Counted from the stretch's first letter, positions 39,251-48,804 are shown. The stretch: DNA of 64,000 nt from an uncultured Methanosarcinales archaeon (GCA_964485195.1 CAZAIK010000001.1:62001-126000); one strand, 5' to 3'. The notes: generated by a model not told the origin, from the letters alone. Numbers and translations are program-made.

Positions 39251-40662
39251 TTCTCAAACTCCTTTGCCAGCTGTATCAGTTTCCCTTCCTGGAGATGGTC
39301 TGAAACCATCAGCATTCCCACAGGAAGGCCTTTTTCATAGCAGATTGTTGTGGACATATGGGGAAGCCCAGCAAGATTCGGGCCCACTGTCATTATGTCC
39401 ATCATGTAATTCTGCAATGGCGTTAATCTCTTAATCTCATCAAAAGTGGGAGGCAGTATGGGCATTGTGGGGCTTATCAAAATGTCATATTTTTTGAACA
39501 CTTTTTTGTATTCCTCAATCAGCTTGCTTCTCGCTTTTGCCGCCTTGAGGTAATAAGCATCCCTGAACCCCGACATCCTTGCGAATGTCCCCAGAATAAT
39601 CCTTCTCTTTGCTTCTGTGCCAAAATTGAAGGAGCGGACTTTTGAGAAATATTCATTGAAATCCCCCTCCAGCTTTTCAGAAGCTCCATATCTCATACCG
39701 CAGTATTTTGCCAAATTAGTAGATGCCTCTGTTGTTGAAAGAAGATAATAAGCCGCGACTGCATATTTGTGGTTCAGGGGAAGTTCAACCTCATCATAAG
39801 GAATATTGAAATTCAGCAGCGTATTTTTAATCTTGTCAGAGATTATTTTTTGTGTTCCTTTCCCAAAAGCCTCCTTGACTATTCCCACCTTAAGTTTCTT
39901 GACGTCTTCCTTCAAGTAGGAAGTGTAATCCTCTTTCTTTGCTTTCAATGATGTTGAATCCTTCTTGTCCCTCCCTGCAATGACGTTAAGCATTAATGCG
40001 CATTCCTCAGCAGTTTTCCCTATAGGGCCTATCTTGTCCAGGGAATTTGCATAATCCATAAGCCCGTATCTTGACACCAGACCGTAAGTAGGGCACAGCC
40101 CGTCAACTCCACAGAAGGATGCCGGAGCAACTATTGAGCCTCCTGTTGATTCAGCAAACGCAATGTGATTGAATTTTGTTTTTTGAGTATAACCTGCTGC
40201 GCCTCCTGAAGAGCCCCCGCAGGCCCTTTCTTTGTCAAAAGGGTTTTTGGGAATCTTGAAGCCAACACCCACATTTGCAGAAAAGGTTCCAAAGCCGAAT
40301 TCATCCTGCGCGGTTTTTCCGATTATTACCGCGCCTTCATCTATGCACCTTTGAACGCAGGTTGCGTTAAAAACCGGAAGGTACCCTTTTAAAATTTTTG
40401 AGCCTGCTGTTGACTCCACCCCCTTGACAACAATACAGTCCTTTACAGTTACAGGCAGTCCCAGCAAGGAGCCTTTTGCCTTTCCTGCCTTTATTTTTTT
40501 GTCCAAACCCCTTGCCTGCTGAAGTGCCAGTTCTTTGGAGATTTTGTTAAAGTAGTTGTATTCCTTGTTTATCTTTTCAGCTTCTTCAAGAATCTTGTGT
40601 GTGTTTTCCTCTGCAGAAATGTTTCCTTTTCTTACTTCCTTTATGAAATCTGCAGTTTTCAT
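39247..40662 (-). CDS. gatA: Asp/Glu-tRNA amidotransferase subunit A
   Basis: VKD, GGSSGG, TGGSI amidase signature, EAKRRIILGT. Confidence 0.95.
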   Translation of the reverse strand: MKTADFIKEVRKGNISAEENTHKILEEAEKINKEYNYFNKISKELALQQARGLDKKIKAGKAKGSLLGLPVTVKDCIVVKGVESTAGSKILKGYLPVFNATCVQRCIDEGAVIIGKTAQDEFGFGTFSANVGVGFKIPKNPFDKERACGGSSGGAAGYTQKTKFNHIAFAESTGGSIVAPASFCGVDGLCPTYGLVSRYGLMDYANSLDKIGPIGKTAEECALMLNVIAGRDKKDSTSLKAKKEDYTSYLKEDVKKLKVGIVKEAFGKGTQKIISDKIKNTLLNFNIPYDEVELPLNHKYAVAAYYLLSTTEASTNLAKYCGMRYGASEKLEGDFNEYFSKVRSFNFGTEAKRRIILGTFARMSGFRDAYYLKAAKARSKLIEEYKKVFKKYDILISPTMPILPPTFDEIKRLTPLQNYMMDIMTVGPNLAGLPHMSTTICYEKGLPVGMLMVSDHLQEGKLIQLAKEFEK

Positions 40663-40943
40663 ATTACCCTGGGGCCCTTGAAGTAGCCGTCTTTTTTATG
40701 AGACGAGTTATTTAGGGCTTCCTCCTGCGAGAGGCATCCTTGCACTTTGTCCTCCCTGGTGTTGTTTTTTATTTCCACAGGCTGGAAGCTTGGCTTTACA
40801 TTTTCAGTATCAATCTCGTCAAGTTTTGAGAAATTATCAAGGACCTCTTTCAGCTGGGGTATGAACTCATCAATTTCCTGCTTGGAAAGCCTTAAACGGG
40901 CGTTTTCAGCCACTTTTTGTATCAGCTCCCTGTCTATTTTCAT
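40659..40943 (-). CDS. gatC: amidotransferase subunit C
   Basis: KVAENARL...REDKV...DGYFKGPRV; start 40943. Confidence 0.92.
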   Translation of the reverse strand: MKIDRELIQKVAENARLRLSKQEIDEFIPQLKEVLDNFSKLDEIDTENVKPSFQPVEIKNNTREDKVQGCLSQEEALNNSSHKKDGYFKGPRVI

Positions 40944-40974
40944 AGCACGAAAAAGAGGAGGATTATTTAAATAG

Positions 40975-41715
40975 TTAACTGTTAAGCCTTGTATTCTTGT
41001 CCTGTAAATGCCCGCAGGCAACTCCGGTGTCGGCGAATATTTCAAATCCGTTTCTTATGGCATCCTGGCAGAAGAACATGTCATCATATGCCCTTTTTCC
41101 CTTGCCCGACTTGAAAGCAATTTTTTTAAGCGCGTCCTTGTGAATGAGGACTGCGCCAAGTCCGCAGGCAGCGATTTTAATCAATTTGTTTTTTGGCAAC
41201 TCCCCAAGATTGTATCTTTTGCACAACAATCCTTTCTCTCTTATCTCATCAATTTTTGGCTTAATCCCTGGATTTTTATCAGCAAATTCTTCAGCTTCTT
41301 CTTTGTCAATGAATCGCCAGAGCAAAGGCCAGTTTTTTCCGTCATCCATCCTCATGTTGTAAACAGCTGAAACTATTTTCTTCTTGTGTTTCAGCAATCC
41401 CTTAAGAATACCTTTCGGAGGGATTACATCCTGCTCAAGGCTGAGAAGATAATCATAATTCTCAAGCGTCATCTTACGCAGGAGGTTCCGGCATACAGCA
41501 ATTCTTTCCCTGGCAGCAAGTTCTTTTGGCTCAAGATGCCACGCTTTAAGGCCTTTTTCCCTTATCTCCTTAAAGTAAGAGTCCCCTTCAGAGTTATCCA
41601 CGAGAATAACATCATAATTGTCATAGTCAAGGGCCTTAACAGTTTCAGCGTACTCCTTCAAACAATAGCCTTTCCCCACATAAGTAGGGCATCCCACGAG
41701 TATTTTCGGATTCAT
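40975..41715 (-). CDS. GT-A (family 2-like) glycosyltransferase
   Basis: ILVGCPT, LVDNS, LEQD, CGLGAVLI, DDMFFC. Confidence 0.82.
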   Translation of the reverse strand: MNPKILVGCPTYVGKGYCLKEYAETVKALDYDNYDVILVDNSEGDSYFKEIREKGLKAWHLEPKELAARERIAVCRNLLRKMTLENYDYLLSLEQDVIPPKGILKGLLKHKKKIVSAVYNMRMDDGKNWPLLWRFIDKEEAEEFADKNPGIKPKIDEIREKGLLCKRYNLGELPKNKLIKIAACGLGAVLIHKDALKKIAFKSGKGKRAYDDMFFCQDAIRNGFEIFADTGVACGHLQDKNTRLNS

Positions 41716-41723
41716 TATTAAAT

Positions 41724-42154
41724 TTTCAGATTCCGCATACATTTTATTGTAAGTGCGGGGAGCAGGATTTCCGAGAGAGCAGTTCTGGTAAACTGCTACA
41801 GCGTTCGAACCTGCGTAGGCACNNNNNNNNNNNNNNNNNNNNNNNNNNNNNNNNNNNNNNNNNNNNNNNNNNNNNNNNNNNNNNNNNNNNNNNNNNNNNN
41901 NNNNNNNNNNNNNNNNNNNNNNTTTCCGAGAGAGCAGTTCTGGTAAACTGCTACAGCGTTCGAACCTGCGTAGGCACCGCGCATAAGGGTTTCACCCTTA
42001 TCAACCTGAAAGTATGCATAAAGCATTCTGGCTGAAACTGGCTGTTATTTGAAGGTTTCAGATTCCGCATACATTTTATTGTAAGTGCGGGGAGCAGGAT
42101 TTCCGAGAGAGCAGTTCTGGTAAACTGCTACAGCGTTCGAACCTGCGTAGGCAC
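41724..42154 (-). repeat. 99-bp direct repeat of tRNA-Leu 3' part plus trailer (41724-41822, 42056-42154) enclosing a 78-bp unique segment; includes N gap
   Basis: Exact identity read directly; the 55 nt after the gap (41923-41977) duplicate the 55 nt before it. Confidence 0.85.
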
Positions 42155-42259
42155 TAAGCCAACAGATGGCTCACGTGTCACTTCATTGTCTCCAATACTG
42201 GAACCTCAGCACTCAACTCGTCTTGAGTCTGCCCCGTTTGGCCACTCCGGCATCCCCGC
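42086..42259 (-). tRNA. tRNA-Leu(CAA) with two introns (canonical 42168-42221; T-loop ~42100-42135)
   Basis: GCGGGGA/TCCCCGC acceptor, GCAGA-CT-CAA-G..A-TCTGT, long variable arm. Confidence 0.9.
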
Positions 42260-42325
42260 AATATAGATAGAGTAAAATAGCAATTTTTAAAGCTTGCCCT
42301 ACCATTACCAAAATAAGTTTGTGAC

Positions 42326-42418
42326 TGGTACTGCGCTACGTCCGCTTCCAAAACCGCTTCTGAACCCGAATTAGTCATAATCGCAATGATAATTGGATGA
42401 CTCCACCAGGCAGTACCA
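42326..42418 (-). repeat. palindromic structured repeat, copy E3
   Basis: TGGTACTGC/GCAGTACCA stem; 17-mer TCGGGTTCAGAAGCGGT identical to E1. Confidence 0.75.
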
Positions 42419-42476
42419 AAGGCAGTGCAACAAATTGCTAATTGCTTTTTATTAAAAAGATTTATAAAATAGAAAA

Positions 42477-43241
42477 CTAAAGCTGGCTTGTTAGCTCTTC
42501 AGCAGCTTTTTTGATATCGTCTGCTTTTGTGATTCCTCTTCCAACAATTGCATGGAATCTTTTACCTGCAACTTTTGCGCCTTCGCTGACCTTTCCTCCC
42601 TGCGCAACAAGGCCTGGAGACCATATCACTGGTTCTTCAACACTGCAGAGTTCTACAAGCTCTTTGTAATGCCTTATCCTGTCCGGCTTGTTTCCTGGCA
42701 TAACAAAATCAGTCACTCCCATTCTTGCTGCCAGATCATAGATATCATCGGGAGCGTTTTTTCTGATATAACCGCTTAGCTGCCGCTTAAGTCCAATTTC
42801 TCTAAAAACTTTATCATAATCCTTATTTTTCCCTGAAACAATATCTCCTTGCGAATACCTTGGATGGGTCATTTCCCCGCCTACGATTACACCAAGATTT
42901 CTTTTTTGTGCTGCCAGCGTCCATTCGTATTGAGTTATAGGTCCTGATAATGGAAAGAGTATTACTGCGTCCACTCCTGCCCTAACCATTGCATCCATGA
43001 AGTGGCCTGCAGTATCAGGAATGTCTGTTCCGGCTTTTTGATGGTCATAAATGAGAGGCTTGTCTGTCTGCTCTTTCACAGTTTCAACAGCAGCTTTTAA
43101 TGCATCTAAAAAAGCCACTCCCAGTTTATACCCTCCAATCTTCTCAATACCTGCTGTTTCTCTTACAATATCTTTTAATTTTCCAAAATCAACATCGCAT
43201 GCAGGAATCACACTTCTATCCGCCTGGATTATTCTGGTCAT
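42477..43241 (-). CDS. pyrF: orotidine-5'-phosphate decarboxylase
   Basis: IPACD, GYKLG, DHQKAGTDIPDT, SPG, IVGRGI. Confidence 0.9.
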   Translation of the reverse strand: MTRIIQADRSVIPACDVDFGKLKDIVRETAGIEKIGGYKLGVAFLDALKAAVETVKEQTDKPLIYDHQKAGTDIPDTAGHFMDAMVRAGVDAVILFPLSGPITQYEWTLAAQKRNLGVIVGGEMTHPRYSQGDIVSGKNKDYDKVFREIGLKRQLSGYIRKNAPDDIYDLAARMGVTDFVMPGNKPDRIRHYKELVELCSVEEPVIWSPGLVAQGGKVSEGAKVAGKRFHAIVGRGITKADDIKKAAEELTSQL

Positions 43242-43936
43242 TTTCCAATAGCCCTTCTTGCCTCTTCTGTGCCAAATTCCAGTAAATACTGCTCCATCGC
43301 ACCCAGATATTTTTCAGGCACTCTGCCTGATTTGATTATGTCGGTTGCTGTCAGTGCTGCCCTAACAGGAATTCCTGTTTTTTCCTGAAACTCTTCAACA
43401 GCACTTTTTGCTATTTCAACCCCTCTTTCCTGCCTGTCCAAAGAAATGACCAGTCCTTTAAACTTAAGATCATCTGCGCATTTTGTTAAAAGATCCAATG
43501 TGTCATATTTTGTGCCGCCTGTTGTTATCACATCATCTACAAGAATAATCCTATCACCATTTTTAATTCTCCCAATAATCCAGTTCTTTTGCATTTCTTC
43601 TTTAGTACCTTCTCCATGTTTTTTAGGCTCTTTTCTGTCATAAGCGAATCTTACATCTAAACCTCCGTGATATTGCCATAACGCAATTGCAGCAGCTTCA
43701 GAAAGGGATATCCCTTTGTATGCTGGACCAAAAATAAGGTCTAAATTTGTTCCGAAGTTTTTAATAATAGTATCAGCATAGAAGTTGCCAAGATTGATAA
43801 TAGTACTTCCTGTATCAAAGCCGGCAGTGTTCACAAAATAAGGTGATTTTCTGCCGCTCTTGAGGGTAAAATCTCCAAGATGCAAAGCTCCTGTTTCCAA
43901 AAGAAAGTTGATAAATTTTATCTTTGTAGTGTTCAA
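43238..43936 (-). CDS. pyrE: orotate phosphoribosyltransferase
   Basis: FTLKSGRKSPYF, FGPAYKGI, RKEPKKHGEG, LVDDVITTGGT. Confidence 0.95.
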   Translation of the reverse strand: MNTTKIKFINFLLETGALHLGDFTLKSGRKSPYFVNTAGFDTGSTIINLGNFYADTIIKNFGTNLDLIFGPAYKGISLSEAAAIALWQYHGGLDVRFAYDRKEPKKHGEGTKEEMQKNWIIGRIKNGDRIILVDDVITTGGTKYDTLDLLTKCADDLKFKGLVISLDRQERGVEIAKSAVEEFQEKTGIPVRAALTATDIIKSGRVPEKYLGAMEQYLLEFGTEEARRAIGK

Positions 43937-44056
43937 TGACTGCCACCTCTGCCTATGAATTAACTGCTTATGAATTAAAATACAAAAATATAAAAATCTT
44001 ACTATTGTATAAAAAAGGTGATAACATTTATAAAGAAAAATAAAACCATAACTAAA

Positions 44057-45391
44057 ATGCTTGAGATTTGCACAGTAGGAGGGTATAACGAAGTCGGCGG
44101 CAATATGACCGCTGTGAAGATTGATGATGAAGTCATAATTCTTGATATGGGTCTTTTCCTGGACAAATACATTCCTTTTAATGCACAGGTAGAGGAAGGC
44201 ATTCCTCTCAACCCTGAAGAGCTGATGTCAGAGGGCGCCATTCCTAATATCAATTATATCGCTGACTGGAAAAACAAGGTCAAGGCAATAATACCAAGCC
44301 ACGCCCACCTTGACCATATAGGTGCAATCCCCTACATAGCTGACAGGTTCAAATCATCTATCATATGCACAAGCTACACCGCAGAAGTCATAAAAGCAAT
44401 TGCCAGGGACCAGAAAGTCAGGATTGGCAACAGGATTAAAACCTTAAGCGCCAACTCAAAGATAAAGTTAAGCAACAATATCACTGTGGAATTCATACAG
44501 TCAACCCATTCAATCCCGCAGACTGTAATGATCGCCCTGCACACAAAATACGGAATTATTATGTATACCAATGACTTTAAATTTGACAACACACCTGTTA
44601 TGGGAAAAAAGCCGAATTACGAAAGGCTGAGAGAGCTGGGGAAAAAAGGGGTTCTTGCTGTCTTTATGGACTCGCTGTATTCTTACGATTTCAAGAAAAC
44701 CCCTTCAGAGGCAGTTGCAAGGGAAATGCTTAAGGAGGTTTTGCTGGGCACGGAAACAAAAGGGAAGCTTGTCATTGTAACAACTTTCGCCTCCCATATG
44801 GCGAGGATAAAATCAATCCTGGAGTTTGCAAAAAGGATGAAAAGAAAAGTAGTTTTTTTAGGACGCTCACTTTCAAAATACATCTCTGCAGCAGAAAACA
44901 TCAAGCTGGTTGAATTCTCCAAAAAAGGGGAGTTGGTGAAGTTTAGCAGCAAAGTCAGGGCCAAATTAAAACAAATAAGCTCAAAAGGCAGGCATAAGTA
45001 TCTGCTGGTGGTCACAGGCCATCAGGGAGAGCCGGGAAGTATTTTGCAAAGAATTGCTTCAGGAAAACTGGGGTTCAGGCTGGACTATGAGGACTTGGTG
45101 ATTTTTTCCTCCCCTGTAATCCCTACAGAGGCTAACAAGAAAAACAGGGAAGATGTGGAGAAGGCTTTGCGGTCAAAGGGAGTGAGGGTTTTCCGCGACA
45201 TTCACGTTTCAGGGCACGGAGCCAGGGAGGATGAGAGGGACCTTTTAAAAATGCTCAAGCCAAAATACATTATACCAAGCCACGGCCCTGAATCTTTCGT
45301 GAAGGGGGCCCAGGAACTGGCCCTTCAGATGGGCTTTAAAAAGAGCCAGGTAAAGCTGTGCACTAATGGAAAGCGGTTTAAGCTGGCCTAG
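44057..45391 (+). CDS. rnj: ribonuclease J-type beta-CASP nuclease
   Basis: GGYNEVGGNMT, SHAHLDHIG, TGHQGEP, HVSGH. Confidence 0.93.
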   Translation: MLEICTVGGYNEVGGNMTAVKIDDEVIILDMGLFLDKYIPFNAQVEEGIPLNPEELMSEGAIPNINYIADWKNKVKAIIPSHAHLDHIGAIPYIADRFKSSIICTSYTAEVIKAIARDQKVRIGNRIKTLSANSKIKLSNNITVEFIQSTHSIPQTVMIALHTKYGIIMYTNDFKFDNTPVMGKKPNYERLRELGKKGVLAVFMDSLYSYDFKKTPSEAVAREMLKEVLLGTETKGKLVIVTTFASHMARIKSILEFAKRMKRKVVFLGRSLSKYISAAENIKLVEFSKKGELVKFSSKVRAKLKQISSKGRHKYLLVVTGHQGEPGSILQRIASGKLGFRLDYEDLVIFSSPVIPTEANKKNREDVEKALRSKGVRVFRDIHVSGHGAREDERDLLKMLKPKYIIPSHGPESFVKGAQELALQMGFKKSQVKLCTNGKRFKLA

Positions 45392-45450
45392 CTTAATCGC
45401 AAGCTTTTTATACTCGTGGCTTATTTATTCCTCCAAGGGGGTTGTAAACG

Positions 45451-46194
45451 ATGAAATTAACACTTACAGAGCCTAAGTACTTCAAGGACAGTGTGTCAAT
45501 CATTTCTGAGCTGGTAAATGAGGCCAAATTCAAGATTACGCCCAATGGTGTTGAATTGATAGCCATGGACCCTGCAAACGTGGCAATGGTCATTTTCAAG
45601 CTTCTTTCAAGCGCATTTGCTGAATATGAATTGAAAGAAGATGTCAGCTTGGGGATAAACCTCATAAATCTCAAGCAAATCCTCAGGAGGGCCAAGCCAA
45701 CAGATGTTATGACCCTGGAACTGGAGAAGGACAAGCTGAAGATACAGTTCAAGGGAAATTCCACAAGGAATTTCTCACTGCCCATCCTTGAAAGCGAGGA
45801 GAAGGAGCAGAAAGTTCCTGAGCTGGTGTTTCCTGTGAAAGTGAAGACAACTTCCACTGTTCTGAATGAAGCAGTGGAGGACGTGGATGTGGTTGCAGAT
45901 TCCGTTGCTTTTGTGGCAGAGCCTGGCATATTCATAATAAAAGCTGAAGGTGACTTGAGTAAGGCAAAAATTGAGATAAAAGGCAACGAGGAAACAAAGC
46001 TTGAGTTTGACACAGACGAGACGCTAACTGCAAAATACTCTGTTGAATACCTGAAAAAAATGATTAACGGAAGCAAGCTGTCAGAAAATGTGACTATCGC
46101 TTTTAACAAGGACTATCCTTTAAAGCTTGACTATAAAGTAATTGATAAGCTGAGTTTGTCATTCATCCTTGCTCCAAGGGTTGAGGAAGACTAA
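45451..46194 (+). CDS. pcn: PCNA sliding clamp
   Basis: AMDPANVAMV, YSVEYL, DYPLKL, FILAPRVEE. Confidence 0.97.
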   Translation: MKLTLTEPKYFKDSVSIISELVNEAKFKITPNGVELIAMDPANVAMVIFKLLSSAFAEYELKEDVSLGINLINLKQILRRAKPTDVMTLELEKDKLKIQFKGNSTRNFSLPILESEEKEQKVPELVFPVKVKTTSTVLNEAVEDVDVVADSVAFVAEPGIFIIKAEGDLSKAKIEIKGNEETKLEFDTDETLTAKYSVEYLKKMINGSKLSENVTIAFNKDYPLKLDYKVIDKLSLSFILAPRVEED

Positions 46195-46196
46195 TT

Positions 46197-46823
46197 TTAT
46201 TTCCCTCTTCTTGCTAACGAGACCATAATCTGCAATATCCTTAAAACAAGTTCAACAATAATCACAAACATCAGATAATAAAGCATTTCTTTCCACAGGG
46301 AGAGTATCTGACTTGCAGTTTCAATGGATGTTTGCACAGAGAAAACAGAGGTGTAGTCAATCAGGAAGACTCCCAAAAGGGTGAAAGGAACTATCTTTGC
46401 CAGGTCCCTGCTTAAATCTTCACTGTAATATGCCGTTATCCTCACAGCAGCTACCAAGGCTATTGAGGTTATGAGAACTGTCTCAGGAGTGTGGGCTTTT
46501 GAGAGGAACAGCAATAAAGCTGCCAAGACCGCAAACCAGATGAAGATGGCAATCGGAATCAGGAAGATGTTCTCTATTATGTACAGTATCACCTGGAGAA
46601 AATTGCTGAAAATTCCGCTGAATTTTTTTGAATGCTTGTGAAGCTCCAGTTTCAGCAAATCCCTCCTAGCCAGGAACCTGTAAAACTTGAAAATAAAAAA
46701 GGCATATATGACTATGCCTATGACCAAAACCACCAATGGCTTTATTGCCGAGAAATAATTCAGAAAGGAAAAGTCTGCAAAAACCTCAGAAGCAGAAATG
46801 TTGGTCAGATTATGAATCGCCAT
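46197..46823 (-). CDS. hypothetical membrane protein
   Basis: About 5 hydrophobic segments. Confidence 0.7.
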   Translation of the reverse strand: MAIHNLTNISASEVFADFSFLNYFSAIKPLVVLVIGIVIYAFFIFKFYRFLARRDLLKLELHKHSKKFSGIFSNFLQVILYIIENIFLIPIAIFIWFAVLAALLLFLSKAHTPETVLITSIALVAAVRITAYYSEDLSRDLAKIVPFTLLGVFLIDYTSVFSVQTSIETASQILSLWKEMLYYLMFVIIVELVLRILQIMVSLARRGK

Positions 46824-46873
46824 CTTTTATTCAGAAAATGGCCGTGTTTTTTAAAAACCTTTCTGAAAAGAGG

Positions 46874-47078
46874 TTAAGTCAACTGTTATGTGTTCTGTGC
46901 TGGCACAAGAAAATGCCAACTAGCATTTTCTGTGCAGAAAATCCTAAAAAGGATTTTCTTGCACTGCCCAGCGCAGTCCTCAGATTTGCTGTCAGATGCC
47001 AAATAAACCGGACTAAACTCCTAATTCGCATCGGCACGGAGCGCGGTGCCAGCATTCACCACCCTTAACTTGACTTAA
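46874..47078. repeat. palindromic structured repeat, copy E2, with nested 54-bp insert
   Basis: TTAAGTCAA/TTGACTTAA and TGCTGGCAC/GTGCCAGCA inverted repeats; arms 27/29 and 23/29 identical to E1 arms. Confidence 0.8.
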
Positions 47079-47124
47079 GCCTGAAAAGGCAAGATTTTTA
47101 ATAATCAGGAACGCTGTGCAATAA

Positions 47125-47805
47125 ATGATTCCACATATCACCGCGGAACAGGCTTCCAAGCTTGACGAGCTGATGGTTTCTCACTTTAAGGTTCCTGTTG
47201 TTATGATGATGGAGCAGGCCGGCTACCGCCTTGCAGAATTTGCAAGGCTGAAATTTTCCAAAAAGAAGAACATATTGGTTTGTGCAGGGAAGGGGAATAA
47301 TGGAGGGGACGGCCTGGCTGCCGCAAGGCACCTGAAAAATTTCGGCTATTCCCCCAGGATTTTTTTGGTAACAAGGAAGCTTAAAAATGAGCCAAAAATG
47401 CATTATGAAATTGCAAGGAAGCTTAAAATTCCTGTGTTCTCCTCCCTTGAAAAATTAAAAGAGAGCCTCAATAATATTGATGCAGTGTACGACTGCCTGA
47501 TAGGGTATAACTTAAGGGGTGCCCCAAGGGGCAAGTTTGACAAGGCAATATGGATAATAAACAATTCAAAAAAGCCCGTTATAGCCTGCGACATTCCTTC
47601 AGGTGTTGATGCAGACAAAGGAGCAATTTATGAGAATCATATTAAGCCAGCGTATATTTTGTCACTTTCCCTGCCCAAAAAAGGATGCAAAGGATTCCTA
47701 GCGAAGAATTATGTTGCTGACATCGGGGTTCCAAAAGGGTTATACCCAAAAATAGGGATTAAAGCGAGGAATTATTTTGAGAGCAAGGCAATTATCAAAA
47801 TTTGA
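47125..47805 (+). CDS. nnrE: NAD(P)H-hydrate epimerase (YjeF-N)
   Basis: MMEQAG, GKGNNGGDGLAAARHL, DIPSG. Confidence 0.93.
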   Translation: MIPHITAEQASKLDELMVSHFKVPVVMMMEQAGYRLAEFARLKFSKKKNILVCAGKGNNGGDGLAAARHLKNFGYSPRIFLVTRKLKNEPKMHYEIARKLKIPVFSSLEKLKESLNNIDAVYDCLIGYNLRGAPRGKFDKAIWIINNSKKPVIACDIPSGVDADKGAIYENHIKPAYILSLSLPKKGCKGFLAKNYVADIGVPKGLYPKIGIKARNYFESKAIIKI

Positions 47806-47833
47806 AATTCAAGTTAAAAGAAGATAAAAAGAG

Positions 47834-48043
47834 TTATCTCCTTTTCTTTTTTTTGCTGGACTTTCTTTTGGCGGACTTTTTCTTCTTGGTAGTTTTTCTC
47901 TTTGTCGTCTTTTTCTTGGCGGACTTTTTCTTCTTTGGTTTCTTCTTCAGCATCTCTTTCCTTTTCTCAAGGCCCTTTATCTTTTTCATGAGCCTTTTTA
48001 TTTCCGTGTTTGCTGCTTTAACGCTTTTAGGTAGTTTTGCCAT
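47834..48043 (-). CDS. small Lys-rich (H1-like) basic protein
   Basis: GAGGTGA SD; KKKKSAKKK repeats. Confidence 0.7.
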   Translation of the reverse strand: MAKLPKSVKAANTEIKRLMKKIKGLEKRKEMLKKKPKKKKSAKKKTTKRKTTKKKKSAKRKSSKKKKRR

Positions 48044-48111
48044 TGAATCACCTCATTTTTTGTTTAATAAGCACTGATTATTTATAAATATTTTTCAAAT
48101 TTAAGTTAAAA

Positions 48112-48699
48112 TCAGATAATCCCAGTTAAAATTAAGATTCCCAAAACAATCAAACCTGCTGTCGCAATTTTAGATTTGTAAGGTAATTTTGCGATTTTTC
48201 CGGAGAAATAAATAACCACTATTATTTCGAATAGTGTTGCAGCGAGTATTCCCATAATTGCGTATGCTGTGGCGCTAAAAGAGCTGATGAACAAGGGCAG
48301 GTAAGCTATGATGTCATCAATAACGCTTGCAAAGGATGCCAAAAATCCTATGGAAACCAGCCTTGTGAATTTTTCAGCAGATATTTTCAGTTTCTTCACT
48401 CTTAATGCTGTCCTTGTTTTCCTGCGCGGAGTCAGGATATCAAAAAAAACAAGAATTGCCAGCAAAAAAAGAAGCCCTGCTGATACATATCTGTAATAAG
48501 GAAAACCGCTGAGTATTTCAGCAAAGAATATTGAAATGGCTATTGCCAGCCCTATCGCTATCAACGTTCCCAGTGAAAAGGCTATTTTTCCCGTTCGCGT
48601 CCTGGTAACAGCTGAGAGAACAGGCACATTTGTCAAAGTATCATCCAGCCCCGTAATCAGCTTCACGAATATTCCCAAAAACAGGTATTCCAGCGCCAT
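48112..48699 (-). CDS. CadD/LysE-superfamily-like membrane transporter
   Basis: Internal repeat GLDD/VIDD..YLPLF; about 6 hydrophobic segments. Confidence 0.6.
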   Translation of the reverse strand: MALEYLFLGIFVKLITGLDDTLTNVPVLSAVTRTRTGKIAFSLGTLIAIGLAIAISIFFAEILSGFPYYRYVSAGLLFLLAILVFFDILTPRRKTRTALRVKKLKISAEKFTRLVSIGFLASFASVIDDIIAYLPLFISSFSATAYAIMGILAATLFEIIVVIYFSGKIAKLPYKSKIATAGLIVLGILILTGII

Positions 48700-48804
48700 T
48701 CCTTGCTGTATTATCTGGATTTTGGTTTAAAATGGTTTCTAATGCGAAAAGTTTATATATTAGTTATGAATCTATATTCATTATAACCATTGGAGGTGGT
48801 AAAA

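Noticed and set aside
41724..41822. Split (trans-spliced) tRNA half
   Set aside because: The full tRNA-Leu is adjacent and the copy includes identical trailer DNA, fitting a DNA duplication
41823..41977. Apparent third tandem copy of the tRNA-Leu fragment, and ORF 41796-42026
   Set aside because: 100-N gap with an exact 55-nt overlap on both sides, typical of an assembly k-mer overlap; the ORF spans Ns
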